DNA from: Ascoidea asiatica JCM 7603 | Taxonomy: Eukaryota; Fungi; Ascomycota | Length of the DNA stretch: 64,000 nt | Assembly (NCBI GenBank): GCA_001600695.1 | Contig: BCKQ01000007.1 | Coordinates: 185,703 to 249,702, forward strand | Direction of reading: 5' to 3' | Part shown: positions 48,976-60,175 of the stretch, piece by piece | How positions within the stretch are numbered: the stretch's first letter is position 1 | Layout of the letters: each line of letters starts with the position of its first letter | Translations under genes and position numbers: made by a program | The notes under the pieces: model-generated | What the model was told of the DNA's origin: nothing | The model's input: the letters and a program-made list of their open reading frames with translations, nothing else | Databases searched by the model: none

Positions 48976-49957
48976 ATTGATTTATCGATTTATTTTATGG
49001 GAAGTATACTATAAAGAAAAATATATTAAATTAAAAAAAACAATAGAATTTTTAAAGGAATATCACCTAAATATATATGTAAAAGAATAATCTTAGATTT
49101 TTGTACTTTTTTTAATCTCCTACATGGTAATCAATGTAAAATTACTAATTTAACCTAAGTATATCTTTACTGTGGTAAATTTCATGACTTTTTCTGGAAT
49201 TATTGACTAAGCATCAGCCAATATTATTACCAGTAAGGTAATATAAATCTCCAATACTTTTTATTACGTATTATTAACATAAACTGGAAAAAAAATAATG
49301 CAAAAAAAAATGGAATCCTGATAATAAATATTATTCATATCCAAATAAATTTTAAGTCTAATTTAAAGGATGACTTTTATGGAACCTCTTTAGCGAATAA
49401 ATTTCACCGAAGTACATGTGTGCATTGAAAAATGAATGCTATTGTACTACTACCATTAATTTATAAATCGGTGAATAACAAACGTTAAAGAAGACAGTAA
49501 TTAACATGTTCTCACTAAAATTGTCTCCTTTTAATTTAATTGAAATAGAAAATTATTTTTGGAAGTTATTTTTCAAAATTATTTCAAATAATTGTTCAAG
49601 AATTGAATTTATAATCAAATTTTCAGGTAATTAAGTCAATAAAAACAATAGATTTTTTTTCAATATGATAACGAAAACTATTTTGAAATATCTTGTTTTT
49701 TCTTTTCAATGAATTATGAACCTCAGAATATCTTTTTTGCTTATTTGAATAAAAAAAAAAGTACGATAAAGGAATTGTCTGTTTTTTTTAGGAGAATTTT
49801 ATCAAATTTTGCTACAAAGCGATTTCCATTTTAAAATCGAATCTAGTTTCTCGTTTTTAAAAGAAAATTCAAGAAACAAAATACTGTTGACAGAAATGCT
49901 TCAACAATCATTTCTGACCTCAGTTCTTATAATACTAAGTTATGATCCCGTGATTAT

Positions 49958-50095
49958 TTTTTTGTTTCAATTTTTTGTTTCAATTTTTATTATGTGTTTC
50001 AATTTTTATTATATGTTTCAATTATGTGTTTCAATTTTCATTATGTGTCTCAATTTTTATTTTATGTTTTAATTTTTTGTTTCAAACTTTATTAC
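49958..50095 (+). repeat. Degenerate 13/19-bp tandem array with core GTTTCAATT (~8 copies)
   Basis: Cores at about 49964, 49977, 49996, 50015, 50028, 50047, 50066 and 50079. An inverted core (TATTGAAACAC) lies at ~50205. Confidence 0.85.
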
Positions 50096-50283
50096 GTGAG
50101 TAATTTGTTTATTTATTTTTTTATATTTTCGTGTTTGTTTATTTATTTCTCCATTAGGTAGATCTTTGTTTACATTTTGGAGACCAGCAGGATATATAAA
50201 AAGATATTGAAACACTTATAATTATTTTAATTTCATTTTAATTTATTTTTTAAATTATTATTAATCTTTATTATTCATATTAC

Positions 50284-51298
50284 ATGTCAAATAACATAAT
50301 CATTTTAACTTCTCCCTCTGTAAGTCAAAAAATTAAACAATTTGAAAATAAGTTAAGACTTTATCTCCTTCTTATTTTGGAATTTTATGTTTAACATAAC
50401 GACAAAACTTTTTTTATTGATGATTCAATTGATATTTCTAATAATAATAAAACTAAAAGAATGTTTCAAAACTTAACTAATGCAAGTGCAAATTATATAA
50501 TCATTTTAATATACTTTTCTAAATTAAAGTTATTTATTGCATAACAAGACTCAGCACTCTATTATATCGACCGCAATAATTCAAGTTTAACTTTAATTAA
50601 AAATTATTTATGTTCAATTAATATTCATTCAACATTTCTTTTTCTATCAATTCCACTTTAATTTTAATTTAAATGTTGATCCTAAATTTAATTTGTATCA
50701 TAAGTTATCACAATTTAGTTTTATTATTCATGCCGTGTTATTTTCCAAAATGGAAAAAAATATTATTTAGGAAAAATCAATTTCGAAAATTATATGTCAA
50801 ATTATGTTATCACCTAACAAGCGTAAGCTAAAACATAGAGGCATGTTAGTTAAACCTGATCAACATTCAACATTAATCACCAATATTAATGATAACGTTG
50901 AAGAAATCCAAGTTATTGTTGAAAAAGGAGTCACTCAAGACCTTTATGGTTCATTTAAAAATAATAACGATGACCTTCCGCATTTATTCAGAACTCAAAA
51001 ATTCCGGTTTCATCTTCATTCCGACGGTATGGTTCACTACAAACCAAATAAATCGGTGGTTGAAAAAATTGTTATTAATCAAAGTGATTATCAAAGGCAT
51101 GTTTTACAAATTATTAAATCCGAGTTAAAAAGAAAACTTTTAAGTGTTTCCAGACTTTGGAGACTGGTTCATCGTAAGTATTTTAATATTTTTCAGCCAA
51201 TGTTTACTAGAATTTTCAATAAGTTCAATGAGCTTATTGAACTTTTTAGTGATTCATCTTCTTCTGATAGAGAAGTTGAATTCATTGGCGCTTTTTAA
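50284..51298 (+). pseudogene. Disrupted ~337-codon gene, possibly transposon/integrase-derived; last 164 codons (50804..51298) still open
   Basis: TATATAAA 50193-50200 and ATG 50284. In-frame TAA at 50392 and 50542, a +1 shift near 50640, TAG at 50768, then the same frame runs into the 50804 ORF. Two internally similar segments. Confidence 0.55.
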
Positions 51299-51758
51299 CT
51301 ACACTTTTTTAATTTTTATTTATTTATCTATATAGTTTTCTATTTAAAAATTTACTATAAAAAGCTTTAATCTTTTTCTTTTTTTTTTTTTAATTTTATT
51401 AATTATTGAATTATGATCATTCAATTTGTTTTTAACAACCTCAACTTATTAATAAATATTATTTTTTTTATATTGAATTAAAAAAATCTGACTTTTGTAA
51501 GCAATACCTAGTAGCCTAAACTTACTCTAAGGTTAAGTTATTATTGGAATTTTTTGTTAGTAAAGTTTCTGTGGTTGCTCTTTAACTTTTTTTAAGTACC
51601 TTTTCTACAAAGTTCAAAATTAGTCAAAGCATACAGTAGTTTGAATAATGATACGCAAATTTTGTTTATTAAACCTCGAATCAAACAAGTATTAAGCTGA
51701 ATATCGAATTGAACATTTTCCTCTTTTATCAAATTTCATTTCATGTTTTTTATTGGCT

Positions 51759-51803
51759 ATTATTACTAAGACTAAAGAATTATTACTAAGACTAAAGAAT
51801 TAT
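51759..51803. repeat. Exact 20-bp tandem duplication (TATTACTAAGACTAAAGAAT)x2
   Basis: 51761-51780 is identical to 51781-51800. Confidence 0.95.
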
Positions 51804-54722
51804 CACCATATAAATCATCATGTTTTACCATTTCAAAATCAATGATTTTTTCTATTCAAAATTTTTCTAAGAGTTAAACGTAACTGAATATATCAAAAGA
51901 GATTGAAAAAGATTGGGTCAGCAATCATTTTCTCAATTGAAGTAAATTCATAAAGGCAGATAAGATACACATCTGAAGAACTTTCATTTGAAAAAAAGAA
52001 AGAAACGAAAAAAGCAAAAAGCTTCAAAGTTTTTTAACGACATTTACAAATTTAAATCAAACGATTTGAGCACAATTTCTATCAGTCATGAAGTTTTACA
52101 AATCAATTTGATTCAATACTGTAACAGAGTGTTTTTACAGTATTAAATTCTAGAGTAATACGTATACTTTGAAGACTTTGAGATAAATACTTATAAATAG
52201 TTATGAAAATCTTCAAAAAATATAAAACTAATCTTATTAATTACCACCATTAATAACCCAGTAATAATAACGAAGCTGAATATAAAGTCAATTTTCAAAT
52301 ACTCAACATTAGAATATTGATATTGATTTATGAAATATTAATAAATTGAAATATGGAAGTCCGGAAACTGAGGATATTCTGAACTGGTTCAAATTTGGGA
52401 GATTAAGTTCATTGAACAGTTACGCAGGAGTCATAGCTGTAGTCTGAAGCACCGTTGTTAAACATAAAATCTCGTGTTTAATTAAAGTTTCAATTCATAA
52501 TTCCCGTAACGCATATTTCCGTGTAAAACAGTGCAAAATCTTGGCTCAAAGTTTGGTGCTGCAAACACACTTAAGGTTTGTTGACGCAAATCTCACTTAT
52601 TTTAGGTACATATGTGTAATTGTGTGTTTATAAAAGTATACTCCGGTAATAGGATAAATGTATTTTTTTTCTCCGGAATTCCATTTCGATTAATCCGATA
52701 ATATTAAAAAAACCCTGAATTGACAAAAAAGGGTGTTTTAGGAACAAAAATGTGGATGCACATTTTCTTGGTTAAGTTTTTATAGATTTAAATCTTATCA
52801 TGAATATCTATTTCCTTTTTTTTGGTTTTAGTGTAAGTATCGTTTTCAATTCAGACTCTGAGAGTTACAACAATTGAAATATCTTATAAGCTAGGAAATA
52901 GTAAATGAAATTGTTTGTAACAGTTTTTACTTTCTTTTTTCTGAAAGGTCAATATTCAATATTTTTTTTTAATAAATCTAGATAATTGATACTGACGTTC
53001 TTCCTTCAAATTAATTAATGTAAATGAATCGAGACGTATTTTAATTGAACAATGAATCCATTTTCAATAAACATTACATAACTGTTATTTAAAGCAGCTA
53101 TGGTGGGAAAAGTATACAGTAGATAAGTGATTAAATTAAACAACATTTAATATTTATGATTCATCACTGTACGAGAAATTATAATCTGTATAATCTGTAT
53201 TGATAAATTATAAAACATGAAAATTTTACCATTTCATGAATTCACCGATCTTCATATTTGAAGTTTTTATTACAACTACCCTATTACCTTGATAATATTC
53301 TTTTATGAACCCATTTTTTTTATTCAATGAAGCGCTTCAATGAAATAGTAAATAATACGAATTGAAAAGTATTTCAGTATTACAAAAATTATTTTTATCA
53401 AAACACATTAATAATAATAATTCTAAAAGATATATGAAATATCCAATAGTGAACTACGATTTCTCTGATAATCGGATGAGAAGGTAAAACTGCCAATTCA
53501 GAGTTTTCATATTATTTAATTTACATCTGTAATATACAAAGATACCTGGGTAACCCGAGAAAGCTCACTAATAATGATTTTCACACACGAGTTTTGACGA
53601 AAATTCTGCAGATAATTAACGGTAAGAGTAATTTCATATTTGCTTTCAAGTAACAAACAAAATATTATTGCGATCAGTTTTCTGAATCTATTCAATTTAT
53701 TAAAATTAAATGGGATAAAATGAGTTTAATCTGTAAATTTAATAATTAATCCAGCGATTGAAAAAATTGATAATCAAAAATCGTCCCAATTAGGCAAATA
53801 TTAAAGTTTTGTGGCGTCGATTGTAGTTTGTGGGTCATTTCCGACCATCTTTCCCGTTACGGCTTTTAGCTTTATTTCCGTAATATTTCCGTGCAAATAT
53901 CTTTTTCCAGGATGCGGATTGCATTTGAGCCCCCACCCCCACATTTTCAGATTTTCACAGTTTCGCCAGTAAACTTCAAATCTGGTTCTTACCCCGGATT
54001 TCACACACTTAATTGGTTATAAGCTTATCTGAAATCTTAAGATTTCTTTGATCATTGATTTACGTAACATTGCTAAAATATCGAACTACTAGACTAAGGG
54101 CAAATTGAAATCACTTGATTAAAAAAAAAGTTCTGAAAACAGCTTTTAATACTATGATAAATCGAAACAAAGATCTAATAATTCCAAGATTCAAAGTTCA
54201 AAACATGGAGAACTTAAGCCATAATTATTGATTGAAAGTTTTCAAAACTTAATGAATTTATCCATTACCTTTGAAAAGAATCATTTATTTCAATTTAAAC
54301 AAGCTACTTTATTTTTTCTATGAATTAAAGAAATTTCAATTTTTAAGGGATTCTGATTAATTATACTTACTTGAGTTTATATCATTGCTTGATTTTAGTT
54401 TTTAAAATATCTCACACCTCTATTTCAATTAAATAATATTGTATGTAATATTAAAGATTTCATCCCCTAAAATTCTCAATTGAGCAAATTTTTATTGTTA
54501 ATAATCAATTGCTTTTACTTTTACTATAAAAACAAGATATTTATCATTGTTTTCAAATTGAATAATAAATTAAATAAGTTCTTCTTTTTGATATATAATC
54601 AAATATAAAAATAAATATTTCCTTCTGCATATATACAAATTAGATAAACATTTCTCATTAAGTTAATTTAAATATATATAATACAATAAAGTTATTCTAA
54701 CAACTAATATAATATTGTTATA

Positions 54723-55121
54723 ATGTGTCAAAGAGCTATCTGCCCATTTTGTCGTCAAAAGACATGGACTGCTTGTTCTGATCCTGAACCAGCTCATGTT
54801 CATAAAGTTATGGATACTTCTGATAAAGATACTTGGTGTACTTGTGCAAATGTTGCTGATGATTTAATTGAAAAAAATGAAGAATTAAGAATTACTTATC
54901 CTCCTAGAAGTGGAATTGGTCATGCAAGAAGATTATCTTATTCTTCTTCGATGAATACTGGTGGTTTAAATAATTTTTTAAGAGAAAATAAAAGTCCAAA
55001 ACAAAACAAAAATCATAAGGATAATGAAAATAGTTCAATTTCCGTAGATTCTGATTCAGCTTCTTCAATTGAAGATACTTCAAATTCTGGAACAACTTCT
55101 TCAAATCCTGTTTTAATTTAA
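54723..55121 (+). CDS. Small Cys/His-rich uncharacterised protein, putatively metal-binding
   Basis: MCxxxxCxxCxxKTWxxC...H...VM...WCTC...YPP pattern; TATAAAA about 190 bp upstream; host-like codon usage. Confidence 0.8.
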   Translation: MCQRAICPFCRQKTWTACSDPEPAHVHKVMDTSDKDTWCTCANVADDLIEKNEELRITYPPRSGIGHARRLSYSSSMNTGGLNNFLRENKSPKQNKNHKDNENSSISVDSDSASSIEDTSNSGTTSSNPVLI

Positions 55122-56152
55122 TTTATTCCATAACTGTTAAACTTTTTTTTTTTTTGGTTTTTTTCTTATGTTTGTGTTTTGGGCTTCCTTGGTTTTATGT
55201 AAATATCTATATTCATTTACTTTACTTTTATGACTTATTATCATTTCTTTAGTTTAACTTAATTCAAATATACATTTTTTAGTAACAATTCAAAAAAATT
55301 TCATAATAATTTCATTACGTCAATAGATCAATCTCTACAATTTACAATTAATCAATTAATTAATCTCTCATATATCGATTACATTTTGTTCATGAAAATA
55401 TTAAATATCAATTTATGCATTTTTATTATATCCCCCCAAAGAAAGATTATTATATATCAAAGAATAAAATAATAAATTACAATGCTAAGAAAATTAAAAA
55501 AAAAAATAATAAAATAATTACTAAAAAGTAACCTATTAAAAAAAAAAATGTTAAATAAGTATCCCTTGAATCTTTTGAAGCAAAAATTTTTGAATAATAG
55601 ACAAATAATCATCACGTTAAAATCACTCCAGAATTTCTTACCATTCATTTATTCATTGTTTTTCTAAAGTTCTTTTATTATTTTTTCTTTTTTAAAACTC
55701 AACAACAACAAAAATATATTAAATAAAAGAACTGTTAAACAAGAAACCATGAAAATTAAAAAACTTGAAAAGAATAAACATGAATAAAGTAATCGAGTTG
55801 ATATATATTATAATCAACCTAGAAAGACGAAATGTAAAAAAAAAACATTAATGGATTAGAAATAAGTTTTGGAAGAAATATAAGATAAGAAATATTTAAA
55901 TGTTAAATTAATGACATTGATTGAAAGATGAAAAGATTCTTCTTTATAGAACTATAGCTTACAATTTAAACTTCAGAAAAACAACAAAAATAAAAAGAAT
56001 GAAGTCAGTAAAACAATAAAAAATGAAAGAAAAAGATAATATAAAAAGAAATTGAATAAAAAGAAGACCACTTTGATCTTTCATTTGGTATAAATAATGA
56101 AAAACTTAGTTAAAAATAAAAGGTTTTGTAAACTGTATGAAAATTTGAACAA

Positions 56153-59100
56153 CTAAGTAAGTTTCAACTCAGAAATTTCACCATTTTCGTTAGCATTTAA
56201 GCCCATAACATTTAAGAATAAATTTAAGTATTTTAATTTTTTGGCAGATTCCTCCTTTGAGCCAATAATATTTTTGCTTTGTAACTTTTTAGCAAATGTA
56301 ACAATACCAAAAATTTTATCACGAATTTCATCAATGATAATTCTTTGATGTTGTAATTTACCGGATAATGACAAAGAAGCCAAAAATTGCCAAATATAAG
56401 AATCATCATAAGTTACTACACCATTCATTAAAGAACTGTCTACTGGTGTCATTGGCGTCATAGGAGTTAAAGATCTAGAAGGTGGAGATAACAAAGCACT
56501 AATTGGTGGAGTATTATTATTTTCTCTTCCTAATTTATTTTTAAGTTCTGGACTAGTTAAAGAAGAAGAATTAACAGAATCTGAGTTTTGAATATAAGAA
56601 ACTTCTTCATCTTCATATAATTTGGAAGGAAAAACTTTCAACAAATGATTTTGTAAAGATTTGAAAAAACTATCATAAATTTGAGTCCAAACAATAACAT
56701 CATTTACGGATAAACCAGATGAATTTCCAATGACACTATTTGCAGATGCAGCCGAGTCGCTTTGTTGTTTCAATAATTCAACCTTTGAAATTAAAATTGT
56801 AAGTAAACTTAGTCCAATTTTATTATCAAGAAAATAAATAATTGAAGGGGAATTTTTTGAGTCATAACCAGAATATTGCTTATTATTAAAATTCAATAAG
56901 ATCATCAAAGTTTTTATAATTTCATTGAATGTTAATTCGTTTGAAATGAAATTGAAAATATTTCTTAAAGCAGAATTTAAAAATGTATCAATTTTTTTAT
57001 TTGTTTGCTTTTGTTTAGATTTTGAAGATTTATAATAATTTTCATATGAACTTTCTTTAATGACATCTAAAAGATGAAATTTTTCATATAATTTTTGAAC
57101 AATACCAAACTTTTCATCATGAGAAAGGTAGTGAAATAATCTTGGAATTAACTTAATACCTTTATTAAAATTTAACATGGAAATAAAAATATTGTTTTCT
57201 AAATCAAAAGAATTATCAAATAATGGATTTGAAGTTGAATTATTCATTGGGTCAATAATATGTAAAGATTTCCATAAACTTGTTGTATTGATTTCCTTTT
57301 GAGATCTTTCAAATGATTCTAAAGTTAGAATTTCTGTATATACGTTTTCAATATAATTTAAAATAACTATTGATGTTAATTTTTTGATATTTGAGCTTTG
57401 GATCGAATTAGAAATTGAATTAGAATTTGTATGAAAATTTGAATTATTTTGATCAATTAAAAATTTTGCACTATCAATTGGAGTTGAAGGAATTGAATTG
57501 ATATTAGAATTATTTAAAGAATCATTGACAATGGAATCTAACCTTTCATGAAAACTTTCACCAGATACAGAATTTGAAACAGAACTTCTTTTTGTAATTT
57601 CTAATTTCTTTTTAGGCATTTTACCACTACTAAAAGCAATTTTACCTAAAGATCCATCTTTTGATAAATTATTTGACTTTGGTCTTTCTTTGGCAACTGT
57701 TACAGCTTTTTGAACTTGCTGTTGCATTCTTTGTAAAGCTAAATCAACTCTTTTATGTCTACCACCTAATCTATGACCAGAATGTTCTAAATAATATTTT
57801 GCAATTGAATTTAATTTAGAATCAGGGTTATTACCTTGTGGAGAATTAATTGCTTTAAAAATTTGAAAGTAAAAGTCTTCATTATAAGGATCATCAGTAA
57901 CAATTTGAGCTAATTGAAATCTTGTTACAAAATCTTTATCTCTTGGATTCATAATATTTGAATATTTAATAATTCTTGCAACTTTATTTGATCTTTTAAT
58001 TAATCTTTCTCTTTCTTCTGGTGTAAAATCTTGAGAATGACTAAATGAATGATTAAAATAATTTTGATTATTGAAATTGTTATTGAAGTTATTATTAAAG
58101 TTATTATTACTGTAATCATTTCTAACTGGAGACTTAATATTATTATTATTACGATTATAATGATGAAAAGATTTTTGTTGATTGTAGTTTTGATATTGTT
58201 GTTGATTATGATTGTTATTATTAAAATTATTGATTGAATCATTGAATCCATTATTATAGTTATTATTATTATTATTATTATTAACATTATTGTTGTTATT
58301 ATTAACATGAATAGGAACAGGAACGGGGGATTCACCTAAGATTGGAAATTGGCTCAAGTCTAACTTCTTTTTTTGAGGTTGTTGTTGAGTAATTTTTTTC
58401 TTAACGTCTGGAGGAGAAAATAATTGTTGTTGTTGTTGTTGTTGAGCTTTTAAATCTTTATTAGCCGAGCTAGAATTTGAAATTTTTGAAGATTTATTTT
58501 GTTTATTATTTTTTTGTTTATTGATATTTTTATTAGTATTATCAGTAGATTTTGATATATTTGAATCATTTTTGACACTTTTGATATTTTCAACATTTTC
58601 GGTTTTATTTTCGATAGTATCAGTAATAGTAGTAGTGTTAACATTATTTGCATTACTTGAATTATTGTTATTATTATTATTATTATTATCAATTTGATTA
58701 TTTTGAATAATAATTTTCTTTTGTTGCTGTTGTTGTTGTTGTTGTTGAGTATTTTGAATTTGGGGCTGAGATTGAGATTGAATTTGAGATTGCATTTGCG
58801 ATTGAAGTTGAGGTTGAATTTGATTATTTTGATTAATTGAATTATTTTGGGGAATATAATTTATTGAACCTTTTTGAGATAAATTAAGATTATTTAAATT
58901 ATTCATATTAATATTTTGAAAATTAGATAAATAATCTACATTATTTAAATTATTTGAATTATTATTTAAGTTTGGTGGAATATTTTGAATATTCATTGGA
59001 GGTAAATTCATATTCATATTCATATTATTTAAATTATTCATATTAATATTTTGAAAATTAGATAAATAATCTACATTATTTAAATTATTTGAATTATTAT

Positions 59101-60175
59101 TTAAGTTTGGTGGAATATTTTGAATATTCATTGGAGGTAAATTCATATTCATATTCATATTATTTAAATTATTCATATTAATATTTTGAAAATTAGATAA
59201 ATAATCTACATTATTTAAATTATTTGAATTATTATTTAAGTTTGGTGGAATATTTTGAATATTCATTGGAGGTAAATTCATATTCATATTCATATTATTT
59301 AAATTATTCATATTATTTAAATTGCCTAAATTATTTAAGTTATTCATATCATTTATATTTGGCATATTCATATTCATATTTGGAATATTCATGTTCATAT
59401 TCATGTTCATTTGTTGTTGATTTTGTAAAGGACTTAATAATTGTTGTTGTTGCTGAGTAATTCCAGGGAGTAAAGGATGGTTATAATTAACATTATTCAT
59501 ATTATTCATATTTTGATAAAAAGATGCTGGTAACATATAAGGTTGTTGTTGCTGTTGTTGTTGTTGATTATAGAAAGCATTTTGATTGAGTTGATTAGGA
59601 ATATTAGATTGCATTTGATTTTGAGGTTGAATTTGAGATTGAGGTTGAGATTGAGACTGAGATTGTTGACTTTGAGCAATTTGAGCTTCAATTTCTTCAA
59701 GGGATAAGATTTTTTTATTAATATTTGGATTATTATCCCCAGAATATTGATTTTGAGAGTTTGAAGTATTCCATAAAGAAGGTAATGGTTTAAAAGAATC
59801 ATCATTTTTATCAATTGATAATTTATTAAATTTATCAGTTAAATTATTTTTATCAGATTTAGTACTATTATTAATAGTTGTATTAGTATTATTGATATTT
59901 ATTGGTTTACTTGAAACTTGAGCATAAGATTTTGTTAAAGTTTTATTATTATTATTGTTATTTGATAAACCATTTGTAAAATCGAAATCTTTACCAATTT
60001 TAATATCACTTGCGAAAGTTTCATCATTGAATTCATCATCATCATCATAATTATTATAATTATTATAATTATTTTGATTCGAATTATCTCCTAAACCATC
60101 ATAAGTTTCATCAAAATCATACATTTGATTATCTCCAGATTCTAAATTTTTATTATTTAGACCGAAAAAAGACAT
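56153..60175 (-). CDS. PAT1: Decapping activator / P-body scaffold Pat1
   Basis: MSFFG start, FNDETF, GKDFDF, LSLEEIEAQ; MNPRDKDFVTRFQLAQIVTDDPYNEDFYFQ; YIWQFLASLSLSGKLQHQRIIIDEIRD; NLFLNVMGL. Confidence 0.96.
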   Translation of the reverse strand: MSFFGLNNKNLESGDNQMYDFDETYDGLGDNSNQNNYNNYNNYDDDDEFNDETFASDIKIGKDFDFTNGLSNNNNNNKTLTKSYAQVSSKPININNTNTTINNSTKSDKNNLTDKFNKLSIDKNDDSFKPLPSLWNTSNSQNQYSGDNNPNINKKILSLEEIEAQIAQSQQSQSQSQPQSQIQPQNQMQSNIPNQLNQNAFYNQQQQQQQQPYMLPASFYQNMNNMNNVNYNHPLLPGITQQQQQLLSPLQNQQQMNMNMNMNIPNMNMNMPNINDMNNLNNLGNLNNMNNLNNMNMNMNLPPMNIQNIPPNLNNNSNNLNNVDYLSNFQNINMNNLNNMNMNMNLPPMNIQNIPPNLNNNSNNLNNVDYLSNFQNINMNNLNNMNMNMNLPPMNIQNIPPNLNNNSNNLNNVDYLSNFQNINMNNLNNLNLSQKGSINYIPQNNSINQNNQIQPQLQSQMQSQIQSQSQPQIQNTQQQQQQQQQKKIIIQNNQIDNNNNNNNNNSSNANNVNTTTITDTIENKTENVENIKSVKNDSNISKSTDNTNKNINKQKNNKQNKSSKISNSSSANKDLKAQQQQQQQLFSPPDVKKKITQQQPQKKKLDLSQFPILGESPVPVPIHVNNNNNNVNNNNNNNNYNNGFNDSINNFNNNNHNQQQYQNYNQQKSFHHYNRNNNNIKSPVRNDYSNNNFNNNFNNNFNNQNYFNHSFSHSQDFTPEERERLIKRSNKVARIIKYSNIMNPRDKDFVTRFQLAQIVTDDPYNEDFYFQIFKAINSPQGNNPDSKLNSIAKYYLEHSGHRLGGRHKRVDLALQRMQQQVQKAVTVAKERPKSNNLSKDGSLGKIAFSSGKMPKKKLEITKRSSVSNSVSGESFHERLDSIVNDSLNNSNINSIPSTPIDSAKFLIDQNNSNFHTNSNSISNSIQSSNIKKLTSIVILNYIENVYTEILTLESFERSQKEINTTSLWKSLHIIDPMNNSTSNPLFDNSFDLENNIFISMLNFNKGIKLIPRLFHYLSHDEKFGIVQKLYEKFHLLDVIKESSYENYYKSSKSKQKQTNKKIDTFLNSALRNIFNFISNELTFNEIIKTLMILLNFNNKQYSGYDSKNSPSIIYFLDNKIGLSLLTILISKVELLKQQSDSAASANSVIGNSSGLSVNDVIVWTQIYDSFFKSLQNHLLKVFPSKLYEDEEVSYIQNSDSVNSSSLTSPELKNKLGRENNNTPPISALLSPPSRSLTPMTPMTPVDSSLMNGVVTYDDSYIWQFLASLSLSGKLQHQRIIIDEIRDKIFGIVTFAKKLQSKNIIGSKEESAKKLKYLNLFLNVMGLNANENGEISELKLT
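58889..59315 (-). repeat. Three exact 135-bp (45-aa) tandem repeats in PAT1
   Basis: AATTAGATAAATAATCTACA recurs at 58921, 59056 and 59191 (period 135). Confidence 0.95.

Noticed and set aside
49958-50095. Repeat array as CRISPR
   Set aside because: Eukaryotic context, degenerate short units, no unique spacers and no cas genes.
50320-50326. GTAAGT as an intron donor that would rescue the 50284 gene
   Set aside because: No TACTAAC branch point was seen downstream, and the would-be intron itself reads as degenerate coding sequence similar to the 3' half. RNA-seq could overturn this.
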